64,000 nucleotides of DNA from the NCBI GenBank assembly GCA_049627345.1, contig JBMZXF010000003.1, positions 12,719-76,718 on the forward strand. Direction: 5' to 3'. Positions 10,061 through 19,207 of this stretch are shown in pieces. The notes beneath the pieces are model-generated. The model searched no databases. It was not told the DNA's origin and saw nothing but the letters and a program-made list of their open reading frames with translations. The position numbers and the translations under genes were made by a program. The stretch comes from Poseidonia sp. Lineage in GTDB: Archaea; Thermoplasmatota; Poseidoniia; Poseidoniales; Poseidoniaceae. Each line of letters opens with the position of its first letter. Positions within the stretch are counted from its first letter, which is position 1.

Positions 10061-10562
10061 TCAATCTCACCTCCGCACTGGTGGTCGCTGAGTGGGTGTT
10101 TCCGTTGACACGCTCGGACACACCGACAAAGAAGACAGAGATGTCTTCGCCGTCGGCGTAGTTCCAGGTGCTCTCGGTCAGCACAATCTCAAGAAGGTCG
10201 CCGGGATTCCATTCGGTCCCGCTGGGAAGAACGGATTCTGTGCTTGAGGTCGGTGCTGCACCGTCGATAAGGACCTCGTAGTTTGATGCATCCAAATCAT
10301 AGTTTCCGGTGTTCAGGAAATACAGGGTGATGGTGTTGCTGCTGGTGTTGTGAGCCACCATCGCAGGGTCGCCTGCAAGCGCGACGCTCACACCACTCCT
10401 CACATCTGAGGCCCGCTCGTTGACCTGAACGACGCGAACCGCATCGCTCCATTCAGAGATGAGCAGGGCGCTTGCCCCACCCGAAATGAGCAAAGCCGTG
10501 ATCAGCATGACCATTGAAGAAGCACCTCCATCCGCCATGCGATCACCACAACCCGTGCCCAA
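10047..10562 (-). CDS. arlG: ArlG (FlaG)-like archaellum stator/periplasmic protein
   Basis: N-terminal hydrophobic helix (SSMVMLITALLISGGASALLISEW) followed by an archaellin-like beta domain (ITLYFLNTGNYDLDASNYEVLIDG). Lies immediately upstream of arlH as in euryarchaeal operons. Start may be ATG 10538 rather than 10562. Confidence 0.6.
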   Translation of the reverse strand: MGTGCGDRMADGGASSMVMLITALLISGGASALLISEWSDAVRVVQVNERASDVRSGVSVALAGDPAMVAHNTSSNTITLYFLNTGNYDLDASNYEVLIDGAAPTSSTESVLPSGTEWNPGDLLEIVLTESTWNYADGEDISVFFVGVSERVNGNTHSATTSAEVRLNAFS

Positions 10563-11187
10563 CGGTGGTCTTGCCCACCGTGAGCGTCATTCGTTCGTTG
10601 CCCGGTAAGCCGGTGTCAAACCAGTTCAAGAAGAGCGTTTCACCTGAAAACCACAAATCGGTCAGCGGTGGAGTGTACACGCTGGAAAACTGGGTCGCAT
10701 TCTGGCCGTCAAGGAACATCCAAACATCGTCATGAGCGATGGTGGTCGAACCGGTGTTGGTCAAGTTGGCGTAGAGCACGTTACCACGTACGGCGGTGAG
10801 GCTTGCTGCTGAAGTCGGCGTTCCGCCACCGTTCACAACCAAGGTCGGGAGCGAGGAATAATTTCCGTGGCTGGTGATGACCACGGAAGTGATGGCTCCC
10901 GTACCGTTGACCGTGTAGGTCGCAGAAAATCCGCCGTTTCCGCTGGAAGCTTCAATTGTGCCTCCGCTGCTGTAGCCTGCGCCACCGTCGACGATGGTGA
11001 CATCAACGATGGCGCCGGTGAAGATCACCGCATCGTCAATGGTGAAGGTTGGCGTGGGTTCATCTGCCCCTTCAATCCGGTCAACACCGGATTCAATTTG
11101 CAGCGATATGGCCTGATAGGCCATGGAGAACACCACCAGCATCGAAATGCCGATGATGAGCCCACCTACACCAACCGAAGCACCCAT
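10543..11187 (-). CDS. arlF: ArlF (FlaF)-like protein with a Gly/Ser-rich tandem-repeat insertion
   Basis: Internal ATG 11187 (MGASVGVGGLIIGISMLVVFSMAYQ), 1 nt after the upstream stop. C-terminal beta domain LYANLTNTGSTTIAHDDVWMFLDG resembles FlaF/FlaG. 214 aa, longer than the ~150-170 aa I recall as typical. The track ORF extends to 11325, which I reject as overlap. Confidence 0.55.
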   Translation of the reverse strand: MGASVGVGGLIIGISMLVVFSMAYQAISLQIESGVDRIEGADEPTPTFTIDDAVIFTGAIVDVTIVDGGAGYSSGGTIEASSGNGGFSATYTVNGTGAITSVVITSHGNYSSLPTLVVNGGGTPTSAASLTAVRGNVLYANLTNTGSTTIAHDDVWMFLDGQNATQFSSVYTPPLTDLWFSGETLFLNWFDTGLPGNERMTLTVGKTTVGHGLW

Positions 11188-11188
11188 G

Positions 11189-12046
11189 TCACTCTTCACC
11201 CCGAAGCATGTGGAGCTGTCGCCAAGACGAGACCAACGCCGAGAACACCAACAGTTGTCGGTGCGGCAGATGGTCTTCGAGCGCCGTTTCCGGATCACCC
11301 GGTTCTGCCAACTGAACGATGGCAAGAACGGCGTCGCCTTCTTCTTGAGTCAGCATGCCGGATTCCATGGCCTTCTGCGTGAAACTCACGGCGGCCATGC
11401 CGGACATGTGATCGAGAAGCAGCGCAGCGACCGTGGGCGCACCCGTGCTGGACTGGTTGCCGGACCCGCTTGAACGTGGAGCGACAAGGAACGGGTTGGC
11501 TGCCAAGGCTTGCGCCTCGTACAACTCAACCAGTTGACCTTGGTCGTCTTCCATCATGCGAGATGTACCGCCGACTTCCACAACCTCACCGCTGGCGGTG
11601 ATGATGCGGTCGCCGGTTGTCCCGTCAGCGTCCTCATCGGATGCATCGCTCTCGTGGCTCTCACCGTCTGCACCAGCCTCTGCATGGACGGATACGCCTT
11701 CTTCGAGGCGATGTTCCACCATTCGCAGGACGTCCTCAACCATGTCGAGGCGGCTGCTGATGAGGCGCTCAAGGCCAGAGGTGTCAACCGTCGCAGGAGC
11801 GGCTGGTACCGGCGTGGGGGCCGGTGCGAGCGTGGCTGCGACATTGGGGACACTCTGTTGGCTGTTGATCCGAGCTCGTGTTGGACCGGGCGAAATGGTC
11901 CACGCATCCTCTTCGGTGAGCATTCCCTGTTCGGGGAATGGCACCTGCTCAATGGCCACGTTGGCCAAGATTTTCAGGCGCTCTTCGCTCAAGTTTTGGT
12001 CTGCGCTTTTGTTTCCACCCGAGTTTCCACTAAATGGCCATGCCAT
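11189..12046 (-). CDS. Hypothetical acidic protein in the ArlC/D/E (or ArlX) slot of the archaellum cluster
   Basis: 285-aa ORF between the archaellins and arlF. GGAGG 7 nt upstream of ATG 12046. Central Pro/Ala linker and acidic low-complexity stretch (HAEAGADGESHESDASDEDADG). No TM helix, no signal peptide, no family recognised. Confidence 0.65.
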   Translation of the reverse strand: MAWPFSGNSGGNKSADQNLSEERLKILANVAIEQVPFPEQGMLTEEDAWTISPGPTRARINSQQSVPNVAATLAPAPTPVPAAPATVDTSGLERLISSRLDMVEDVLRMVEHRLEEGVSVHAEAGADGESHESDASDEDADGTTGDRIITASGEVVEVGGTSRMMEDDQGQLVELYEAQALAANPFLVAPRSSGSGNQSSTGAPTVAALLLDHMSGMAAVSFTQKAMESGMLTQEEGDAVLAIVQLAEPGDPETALEDHLPHRQLLVFSALVSSWRQLHMLRGEE

Positions 12047-12062
12047 GTGATAACCTCCTTCC

Positions 12063-12082
12063 GAGAGTCAAAACTGACTCTC
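12063..12082 (-). promoter_or_regulatory. Perfect 8-bp stem / 4-nt loop hairpin between the arlB1 stop and the SD of the next gene
   Basis: gagagtca-aaac-tgactctc read directly. On the mRNA strand: UGA-N9-GAGAGUCA GUUU UGACUCUC-GGAAGGAGGUUAUCAC-AUG. Confidence 0.5.
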
Positions 12083-12090
12083 AGAAGTGA

Positions 12091-12693
12091 TCAAACCACA
12101 AGAGCGCCAGCAGCGGTGTCGTCAACGGTCAACGTCTCGTAGGTTGTACCACCGTTCAAGACGTGGAGGTACAACTGGAACGTGGTGACGGGGTCACCGG
12201 ATCCATCGACAGCGGCGGGGCCGCAGTCGGAGGTGCCGTCATCACCGTCGATGTAGACGATGTAGCCAACACCAACCTCGAGGTTTGCATTGGCACCAAG
12301 GTCAGCCTCGGTCTCCATCTCGTGGACGTCACCGTTGGCCAACTCGCCCTCGACGATACCGTTTGCACAGAACAACTGGTAGGTAATGGAATCAGGTGGC
12401 GATGGATCGCTGCCAGGTGCAAGGCGAACGAGGAGATGGAATTCATCTGCTTGCGCAGTGGCGGAACCCGTCCCAACGTAAGCGGTGTTGATCATGATCT
12501 TCCCGCTCATTTCGTCAGCGGTGTCATCACCGGCGGTCTGTGCGTTCTGCTGGAGCTTTTCAGCGGTCTGGATGATGACTGCAGCAGCAACGGCTGCAAC
12601 CAAAATCAGAGCGATGAAGACAATCATGGCACCGATACCGATGGCTGCAATCTTGTCCTCCTTCATGGAGTCGGTCTGGACGTTGGTCTTCAA
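12091..12693 (-). CDS. arlB: Archaellin (major filament subunit), copy 1
   Basis: Class III signal peptide plus the conserved hydrophobic N-terminus [38 protein letters not shown]. Start is either TTG 12693 (GAGGTG 4 nt upstream, overlapping the arlB2 stop) or ATG 12666. Confidence 0.9.
   Translation of the reverse strand: MKTNVQTDSMKEDKIAAIGIGAMIVFIALILVAAVAAAVIIQTAEKLQQNAQTAGDDTADEMSGKIMINTAYVGTGSATAQADEFHLLVRLAPGSDPSPPDSITYQLFCANGIVEGELANGDVHEMETEADLGANANLEVGVGYIVYIDGDDGTSDCGPAAVDGSGDPVTTFQLYLHVLNGGTTYETLTVDDTAAGALVV
12535..12648 (-). repeat. Archaellin N-terminal core block, copy 1 (38 codons identical in protein to 13098..13211)
   Basis: Hand alignment of both coding strands gives 38/38 identical residues. 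Confidence 0.85.
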
Positions 12694-13262
12694 ATGACCA
12701 CCTCGCCGTCAGCAATGCCGCCGCCGTAGTTCAGAACTTCGTAGGTGAAACCTCCGGTTCCGGACTGGACGTTGAGCGTGTGTTGTGCGTTTGCGGTTGG
12801 CACACAGGTTGCAGGGTCAAGTTCCACGGTGTAAGTCTCACCGGGCAAGACGGTCGCCTGCACGTTGCCTGCAAGATCGGAGGCAGCGGTGGCCGTACCG
12901 ACAGCGGCGAAGTCGCCGGAGTCCGTCGCACCGTTGGTCCCGATGTCACATGTGATCAACCACTGAATCGTCGTTGACGTGACCGGGTCCGACCCAGGGG
13001 CCAGCTCAAAGGTCACGTACAGGTTGTTCGTGTTGGTGATGACCACCGACTTGACGGTAATCTTCGATGCCATCATGTCGGTTGTGTCTTCACCCGTGGT
13101 CTGTGCGTTCTGCTGCAACTTCTCGGCCGTCTGGATGATGACCGCAGCTGCCACCGCCGCAACCAGGATCAGCGCAATGAAGACGATCATTGCACCAATA
13201 CCGATCGCAGCGACGTTGTCGCGTTGTTCGTTCTTCGTTTCATGTTTCATGTTTTTCACCAT
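12690..13262 (-). CDS. arlB: Archaellin, copy 2
   Basis: [55 protein letters not shown]. Start is ATG 13262 or ATG 13250 (GGTGA 5 nt upstream). The track ORF extends to 13376, which I reject. The C-terminal beta domain differs from copy 1. Confidence 0.9.
   Translation of the reverse strand: MVKNMKHETKNEQRDNVAAIGIGAMIVFIALILVAAVAAAVIIQTAEKLQQNAQTTGEDTTDMMASKITVKSVVITNTNNLYVTFELAPGSDPVTSTTIQWLITCDIGTNGATDSGDFAAVGTATAASDLAGNVQATVLPGETYTVELDPATCVPTANAQHTLNVQSGTGGFTYEVLNYGGGIADGEVVI
13098..13211 (-). repeat. Archaellin N-terminal core block, copy 2
   Basis: See 12535..12648. By hand count, 18 of 38 codons differ and all differences are synonymous. Confidence 0.85.
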
Positions 13263-13305
13263 TTTTTGTTTTCTTCCCCCGCTCTGCGGGTGGAACAGGA
13301 TGCGG

Positions 13306-14247
13306 TCAAAGAGCACCTCCTTGACCGAGGTTGATGCGAAGCGGCATGCGGAGCACGGCGACTTCGTCAGGAGCAAGATTGCGGATGAACGGTACCTCTT
13401 CGGTAGAAAAGCCGGGAGGAATCCAGGGCGTGAGCAGGACTTCAGAAAGCGGTTCCATCGAACGGTTCTGAACGCGCATGGTGACGGTGATTTCGCCCGA
13501 CCGCATCTCGTAGGCAGTGGCCACCGACAACTTGCGGGTCAGCGGGATGTCCTCGGATGAAAGGCGGTAGTCAGGCTGGATGTCAAAGCGGAGCGGGATG
13601 TTGCCGCCGGGGGCGATAATGGGCAAGTCAACGTTGGGCGGATTGGCCGTCCAGCCATCGGGCACAGGCGGCTTCAAGCGCAACATCGGCATGGGAATGG
13701 GGCCATCGTTGATGATGCGGACCAGCAACACACCGGATTCTCCACCGGCAGGCCAACGGGTGTCAACGCCCATCCAAAAGTGACGGAACAGGAACGGGTT
13801 GAGGGTTGAGGTGTTGCCGCCGATCATGTCTTCGAGCAGATCTTCCACCTCTTCGGTAGAGGCACGAATGTCCCCCATCTCGGCTGCGGCGGTCGCCTCT
13901 CGGAGCTTGTAGAGGATGCGCTCGGCTTCTTCAAGGGAAATGTGCTTGTGCACCAGCAAACGATGGAGCATGGCGATGCTGCGGCGAAGGTGCAGAACGT
14001 CCTCCTCCAACTCCTCTAGGGTCTTTTCTGCCCGACGAAGCGATTTTTTGGCTTTGTTCAGCTGGTGCAGACTCAGATGAACCTTGACCTCGCCGAGGTC
14101 CATCTCAGTTTCCGCCAGCGAAGGGTTCTCGCGCTTGGCGGCCTGTCGAGCAATACGTTCGAGGGTTTGGGAGGCTTCACGAATGCCTTGCTCCCGTTCG
14201 GCACGCTCTTGCGCCATCACGTCGTCTGGAACGTCGCTCTCAGACAT
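13306..14247 (-). CDS. Hypothetical protein: N-terminal acidic coiled coil plus two CARDB-like Ig-fold domains, no signal peptide
   Basis: 313 aa. Its ATG overlaps the stop of the giant upstream gene (ATGTCTGA). Heptad-like charged N-terminal ~150 aa ([32 protein letters not shown]). C-terminal strands [18 protein letters not shown] and [20 protein letters not shown] resemble the xVxNxG CARDB signature. Confidence 0.65.
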   Translation of the reverse strand: MSESDVPDDVMAQERAEREQGIREASQTLERIARQAAKRENPSLAETEMDLGEVKVHLSLHQLNKAKKSLRRAEKTLEELEEDVLHLRRSIAMLHRLLVHKHISLEEAERILYKLREATAAAEMGDIRASTEEVEDLLEDMIGGNTSTLNPFLFRHFWMGVDTRWPAGGESGVLLVRIINDGPIPMPMLRLKPPVPDGWTANPPNVDLPIIAPGGNIPLRFDIQPDYRLSSEDIPLTRKLSVATAYEMRSGEITVTMRVQNRSMEPLSEVLLTPWIPPGFSTEEVPFIRNLAPDEVAVLRMPLRINLGQGGAL

Positions 14248-17200
14248 CGTCGCCCACCTCCTCTTCGATCATTTCTTCCGCCTCGAACGCAAGGTCGGTC
14301 GCAGGTTCCTTTTCATACTCGTGTGGGATGATGGGTTCGGATGCCACACCAGCTGGTGTGCCAGGCGATGCCGTGGCAGCAGCGGCCACGGGAGCACGCT
14401 CACCGAGAATCGCAGAGAAATCGAGACCGTCATCTGCCAAATCGTTGAGCAAGCGGGCGGGGTCACTCAAATCACGCTCGATGCGGATGGACTTGATCTC
14501 AGCATCCGTCATGCGACCGTAGAGGTTGCCGTACATCTTGTCCGAGCGCTTGAGCAAGTACCAGACACCGGCCATGATGATGAAGAAGTACGCCGCCATG
14601 GCCACCAAGTTATCGCTGTCCGTGGAAAGTTGAGGCGGGAGACCGAGCACGATGGCGAGCATGCCCAGCACCGGGATGGACAAGATGATCGTCAACTGCC
14701 GTCGGCTGTCCTTGAGTGCTTCAAAGTGGTCAGAATACACCGTGGAGGTGCCTTTTCGAGCACGCTGGTAGTCCTCGTGAATGAGTCTGAACTCGTCGCT
14801 GCTCTTCCACGTCATGCGCCAAATCCACAGGGCACTCAGGGCGAGGATGGCGGGGCCGTAATACGGGACTTGGAACAGGTGGAAGGCAAAGCCAAAGGCG
14901 ATCACGCCAGCGTAGACGCCACCGAGTTGCCACTTCTCGGACTGGCTGGAGAGGCGAACGAACACGAAGGAAAGCAACGCCGCCACCACACACGCCACGA
15001 AGGCGATGGAGAGGTCGGGAGACCACGATTGAACGGTCTCTTCACCGAGTTCAACCCCTTGTGAACGGTCGTTGGTTTCGTCGTTACCGTCGCCGACGTA
15101 AAGGAAGGAAAGGGTGGCGTCACACTGAACGGTGCGCTCCACTTCCCACCAGTCGATCGTGACCGGGCGCACGTCCCACGTGAAGGTGTGCTCGGCGTTG
15201 GCCGCCATGATGGGCACCATGTCGGGGACACTGAGCACGTCGACAGCCCCGTTACAATCCAACATGGCTGAAACACCGAGGGCCTGGGCCGTGCCGTCGT
15301 TGCGAACGGTGACCTGATACTGCGTCTCTTGACCTTCGTAGAAGGCTTCGGGGTCAACCGGGCCTTGTGCGTGAATGGCCGGGTCGGCGAAGACGGCCAG
15401 TTGGTAGGTGAAGACGTCCTCTTCGTAGATGGTGTAGCCGCTGTTCTCGTCAGGGTGGTAAAGGCGGAAGGTGAGGTCCCATCCGTCGCCGGGGAGAATG
15501 TTGGGCGGGTTGGGTGCATCAACGATGAGTTCGATCGGTGCGCTGGTGACCCAGGGCTGTCGGCTTGGCAAGGTGATGCGGGATTCGGGACCCAGCGAGG
15601 TCGAGCCGCAAAAGGCCGACATGTTGAGTGGGTAGTCGGTGTCATCGACCCGAACGGCAAACGTCCAACCGTAGAGGGAAGCGTTCTGGCCAAGGTCGTC
15701 CACATCGAGGAGGCGTTCGGCACGGCACAATTCAAGTTCGTAGGCCACGGCACTCTCGGGCCCCATTGGGATGTGCGAATAGACGATGGAGAAACTCTGC
15801 GGTCCATTGTCACTTGGTGGCGTGACCGAGGTATCGCCGAATTCAAAGAACCGATTCATTCGCAGGTCGGTGTAGTACTCTGCACTGCCCTGGACCGCCG
15901 CTTCGGTGGGGTCGAGGGTGAGGATGAGGTTGGCGGCCAGTGTCAACGCCGGTTGGACGGCGACGCTGCTGATGCTGAAGGAGAAGGGGACGGTTTCGCC
16001 ACGTGGAAGGAACACGCGAGAAGGAGCGGTTGGAGAGACTTCCCAATCCAAGCTCGGTGTGGTCAAACCACCCTGAAGCAGGGTGTAGGTCACGTTGACT
16101 TCAACGTCCTTGTTGCCGGTGTTGGTGATTTTCACGTCCCACGTTCGGCTGATACCGCGGTGATAATCCATGGTCGTTGGCCAGTCCTCAACTTCCACGA
16201 GGAACAGCGGCGCCACCACGAAGCGGAACGTGTGAACCTTGAGTTCATCTCCTGTGGAAGCGTTGAGGACACGAATGGTGACGGGGTACAGCGCACCGTT
16301 GGCCATGCTGTTGTCGTCGGTCAACGCCGGAACGTCGACATCAAACGAGCCCGTGTAGGTAGCACCCACGTCAAGGCTCAACGGGAGCGAAGCGGGTGTT
16401 ACCGTCCAGTTGCCGGCCACCGAAGTTTCCACAATGACATCTTCAACGAGATTCCCGTTGTTGATGAGGGAGAAATCAACGGTTTGCGTTTCGCCAGGAA
16501 CAACACCGATCTCTTCCAAGGTACCGACCACAAGGCCGTGTTGCTCACTGATGTTGCCGAGGATGTTGGCCGAGAGGTTCAGGCCGGATTCGACGTTCGA
16601 GACCCAAACGGTGGCGTAGTAGTTGGCGGCAGCGAGCGCGTCGGTGGTCGGCGTGAGACGCACGCGCACGGTGGATTCGTACCCAGCACCAATCTGGACG
16701 ACGGTGGGCGTTTCGAGCACGAAGTCGATTTCGCCAGCGTTGGAGGTATCGAGGTAGACACCGAAGGTGGCGGGCGTGTTGCCGTCGTTGCTGATGATGA
16801 CGCTCGTGGTGATGGTCTCACCGATGGAGAGGTTCACGGTTTGGCTGGTGGGCGAGAGTGAAGCGTTGACTTTCTCGCCCACACGAATGGGCACCTCAAA
16901 CGACGCAATGTACGTGCCCGAGGACATCTCAAACACGTCGATGCCGATGGGCTCCACGCTGTTGGCCGGCGCTTCGGGGTCCGTGGTGAGAATGAGTGGG
17001 AAGGTGGTGATGTGCGTTGAAGCGTTCGACGGGTAATCGGCCACATCGGCGGGCACGTCGGTGACCGTGGTGGAAGGCATGATGCTGCTGGTACTGAACG
17101 AAACGTCCCAGCCGTCCGGGACTTGGTCGTTTAGGACCAGGCGGTACGAGGTCATGTTGTTGCCCGTGTTGGCGAGGTCGATGTCGAACGTGGTCTCTTC

Positions 17201-19207
17201 GCCGACCATGGCGTCGAGGGTGGTGCCGTTGTGGCCTTCAACACCAAGCACGGGTGGAATGTTGATGGTCAAGGTCTGCGAGATGGAGGTGGGAATCACG
17301 TTGGCGCTGCTGTGAGCCGCACCGAGGCTCGGCGTGGCCGTGATAGGGATGGACAGCGAACCGGCCACGGAATAGTCGTCCGCGGGCCCCTGAACCGTCA
17401 ACACGGCCTGACGGGCCTCACCGAGGGACATGCCCGGCAACGAGGTGGGCGTTAATCCAACGGCCCAGCGAGCCGCTTCAGAGAAACCACCGGACGAATC
17501 GGAGGTGAAGACGGGCGTGCCGAGGGAGAGGGTGGTGTCAACCGTTTCCGAGAGCTCCGTGACGAGGTTATGGCGGACCTCGACTTCGAGGTCGAGAATT
17601 TCTTCCAGTCCGCTCCCCTGCTGTGCTTCAAGGACTTGCTGCACCGTCATGTCAATGCTCTCGGTTGGCAGGCCGGGGTCCACCACGATGACGGGGAGAA
17701 TGCGAACGGGCGTGGCGTTGACTTCTGGTACGCCGCCGTTCACCGAGGTGGCTTGTGCCCACACGGACATGGTATCGCCGGCTCCGTTGTATTCCGCAGC
17801 AACGAGCGGATTCTGAATCACGGGCGGGGTGACCGTCAGCGTGACGTTGACCGATTCACCGGGCTGGAGCGTGCCCGTGGTGGCGGATGAAAACGAAAGA
17901 TCCCAGTTGATGGGGTTGGTCGAGATGCCGGCGTTGAGGGTGAAGGACGTTGGTGCGTTGCCATCGTTTTGCACCTTCACTTGAATGGGCGAGGGATTAC
18001 CCGGGGTCAGTGATTTGGTGTCGCTGTCCATTTCGACCGTGCCGTCGTAGGATTCGCTCGCAAGGATGGTGGTGGAGACGCTCTTGGCAAATCCACCGCC
18101 GTTGGAGGTGACGCTGAGCGTGATGGTGTCGGCATCGGTTCGGAGCGCCGATGCTGGGACGGCCACGTCGACGAACACGTAGGTGGTGCCGTTGGCCGTA
18201 ACCGTTGGTGTGGAGGGTGATGGGCTGACGGCCGACACCCACCCGTTCACGTCCGAGACGCTGACCTGATAGTCATCCACACTGACGCCGGTGTTTTCGA
18301 TGGCGTAGGTCAACTGTGCTGTTTGCCCGGGCTCAACGCTGCGGTCGTGAGCGGCGGTCAACTCAAAGTCGTAGTTGGAAAACACCACGCGCTGGTTGAG
18401 GAACTCGATTGAATTGGCCCAGTTCAGTCCATTGAAATGCATCTCACCAACCACATCCCACTGCCCCGTGCGTGCGGTCGCATCGAACTGCATGGTGACA
18501 TCGTAGAGGCTGGCTCCACCGGCATACAGGGAGCCGGGCCGAACAACGGGGACGATGCTGGAAACCTCGGAGAAGGCGTTCGTAGGGTTGCCTGCTTCGG
18601 TGAAGTTGAGGTAGAATTGGGCCGATTGATTCTTCACGCCGTCGTTGCGAACTTTGACGGTGAAATCGTGCATGGTTTGCGACCACACCACGCTGCTGGC
18701 GCCGCTGCTTGGTTGCGGGATGTCCACCACCGGAACGCTGCTGTTTTGATAGCGGCTCACGTTGATGACCATCTGGTCTTCGTTGTTGGCCGTGTTCACG
18801 TCGGTGGAGGAGGAGATGCGTGCCTTCAGGATCTGATTGGCCCCCAAGGTCGCCGACCACGAGAAGACCGACACGGCGCTGGAAGCACCGGCGGCGATAA
18901 CGCCAAGGTCGGTGCTGTCAATGACGACATCGCCGGATGAGGCCGTGCCTTGGAGAAGCAGCGTGAGCGATGCCTGGCCTGCTGCGAGGCCGATGTTTTG
19001 AACCTGAACACGAACGACGTGGGTGGCGTCTTCGGCCTCAATCCCGCCGCCGAGGTTCATCGAACCCGCATCATCCAGGGTGAACGATGACACCACGAAA
19101 TCGGGGGTTGAGCGTCCGCCGTCGGCCATGGCGAGCGGCGTCAAGCTCGCCACCAACATCAGGGCCACAAGGCCCAAGGGGACGGCGGGCTTAGACAGGG
19201 TCTGCAC
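14240..19207 (-). CDS. Giant (~1655 aa) surface protein with many CARDB/NEW3-like Ig repeats, ending in a 5-helix membrane domain and acidic tail
   Basis: Signal-like segment KPAVPLGLVALMLVASLTPLAMA-DGG. At least nine xVxNxG strands (VRVQVQNIGLAAG, FTVKVRNDGVKNQ, YAIENTGVSVD, VKVQNDGNAPT, IDLANTGNNMT, IISNDGNTPAT, FSLINNGNLVE, VKITNTGNKDV, VTVRNDGTAQA) and many N-x-S/T sequons. Start uncertain (GTG 19207, TTG 19237 or ATG 19159). The track start 19372 overlaps the upstream gene. Confidence 0.85.
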   Translation of the reverse strand: MQTLSKPAVPLGLVALMLVASLTPLAMADGGRSTPDFVVSSFTLDDAGSMNLGGGIEAEDATHVVRVQVQNIGLAAGQASLTLLLQGTASSGDVVIDSTDLGVIAAGASSAVSVFSWSATLGANQILKARISSSTDVNTANNEDQMVINVSRYQNSSVPVVDIPQPSSGASSVVWSQTMHDFTVKVRNDGVKNQSAQFYLNFTEAGNPTNAFSEVSSIVPVVRPGSLYAGGASLYDVTMQFDATARTGQWDVVGEMHFNGLNWANSIEFLNQRVVFSNYDFELTAAHDRSVEPGQTAQLTYAIENTGVSVDDYQVSVSDVNGWVSAVSPSPSTPTVTANGTTYVFVDVAVPASALRTDADTITLSVTSNGGGFAKSVSTTILASESYDGTVEMDSDTKSLTPGNPSPIQVKVQNDGNAPTSFTLNAGISTNPINWDLSFSSATTGTLQPGESVNVTLTVTPPVIQNPLVAAEYNGAGDTMSVWAQATSVNGGVPEVNATPVRILPVIVVDPGLPTESIDMTVQQVLEAQQGSGLEEILDLEVEVRHNLVTELSETVDTTLSLGTPVFTSDSSGGFSEAARWAVGLTPTSLPGMSLGEARQAVLTVQGPADDYSVAGSLSIPITATPSLGAAHSSANVIPTSISQTLTINIPPVLGVEGHNGTTLDAMVGEETTFDIDLANTGNNMTSYRLVLNDQVPDGWDVSFSTSSIMPSTTVTDVPADVADYPSNASTHITTFPLILTTDPEAPANSVEPIGIDVFEMSSGTYIASFEVPIRVGEKVNASLSPTSQTVNLSIGETITTSVIISNDGNTPATFGVYLDTSNAGEIDFVLETPTVVQIGAGYESTVRVRLTPTTDALAAANYYATVWVSNVESGLNLSANILGNISEQHGLVVGTLEEIGVVPGETQTVDFSLINNGNLVEDVIVETSVAGNWTVTPASLPLSLDVGATYTGSFDVDVPALTDDNSMANGALYPVTIRVLNASTGDELKVHTFRFVVAPLFLVEVEDWPTTMDYHRGISRTWDVKITNTGNKDVEVNVTYTLLQGGLTTPSLDWEVSPTAPSRVFLPRGETVPFSFSISSVAVQPALTLAANLILTLDPTEAAVQGSAEYYTDLRMNRFFEFGDTSVTPPSDNGPQSFSIVYSHIPMGPESAVAYELELCRAERLLDVDDLGQNASLYGWTFAVRVDDTDYPLNMSAFCGSTSLGPESRITLPSRQPWVTSAPIELIVDAPNPPNILPGDGWDLTFRLYHPDENSGYTIYEEDVFTYQLAVFADPAIHAQGPVDPEAFYEGQETQYQVTVRNDGTAQALGVSAMLDCNGAVDVLSVPDMVPIMAANAEHTFTWDVRPVTIDWWEVERTVQCDATLSFLYVGDGNDETNDRSQGVELGEETVQSWSPDLSIAFVACVVAALLSFVFVRLSSQSEKWQLGGVYAGVIAFGFAFHLFQVPYYGPAILALSALWIWRMTWKSSDEFRLIHEDYQRARKGTSTVYSDHFEALKDSRRQLTIILSIPVLGMLAIVLGLPPQLSTDSDNLVAMAAYFFIIMAGVWYLLKRSDKMYGNLYGRMTDAEIKSIRIERDLSDPARLLNDLADDGLDFSAILGERAPVAAAATASPGTPAGVASEPIIPHEYEKEPATDLAFEAEEMIEEEVGDDV

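Noticed and set aside
15329-16861. 510-aa plus-strand ORF (also 14084..15064, 17430..17816, 18437..18940)
   Set aside because: All lie antisense to the giant CARDB-repeat gene. They are Gly/Arg/Val/Asp-rich and lack start-site signals, while the minus-strand frame shows regular Ig-repeat signatures.
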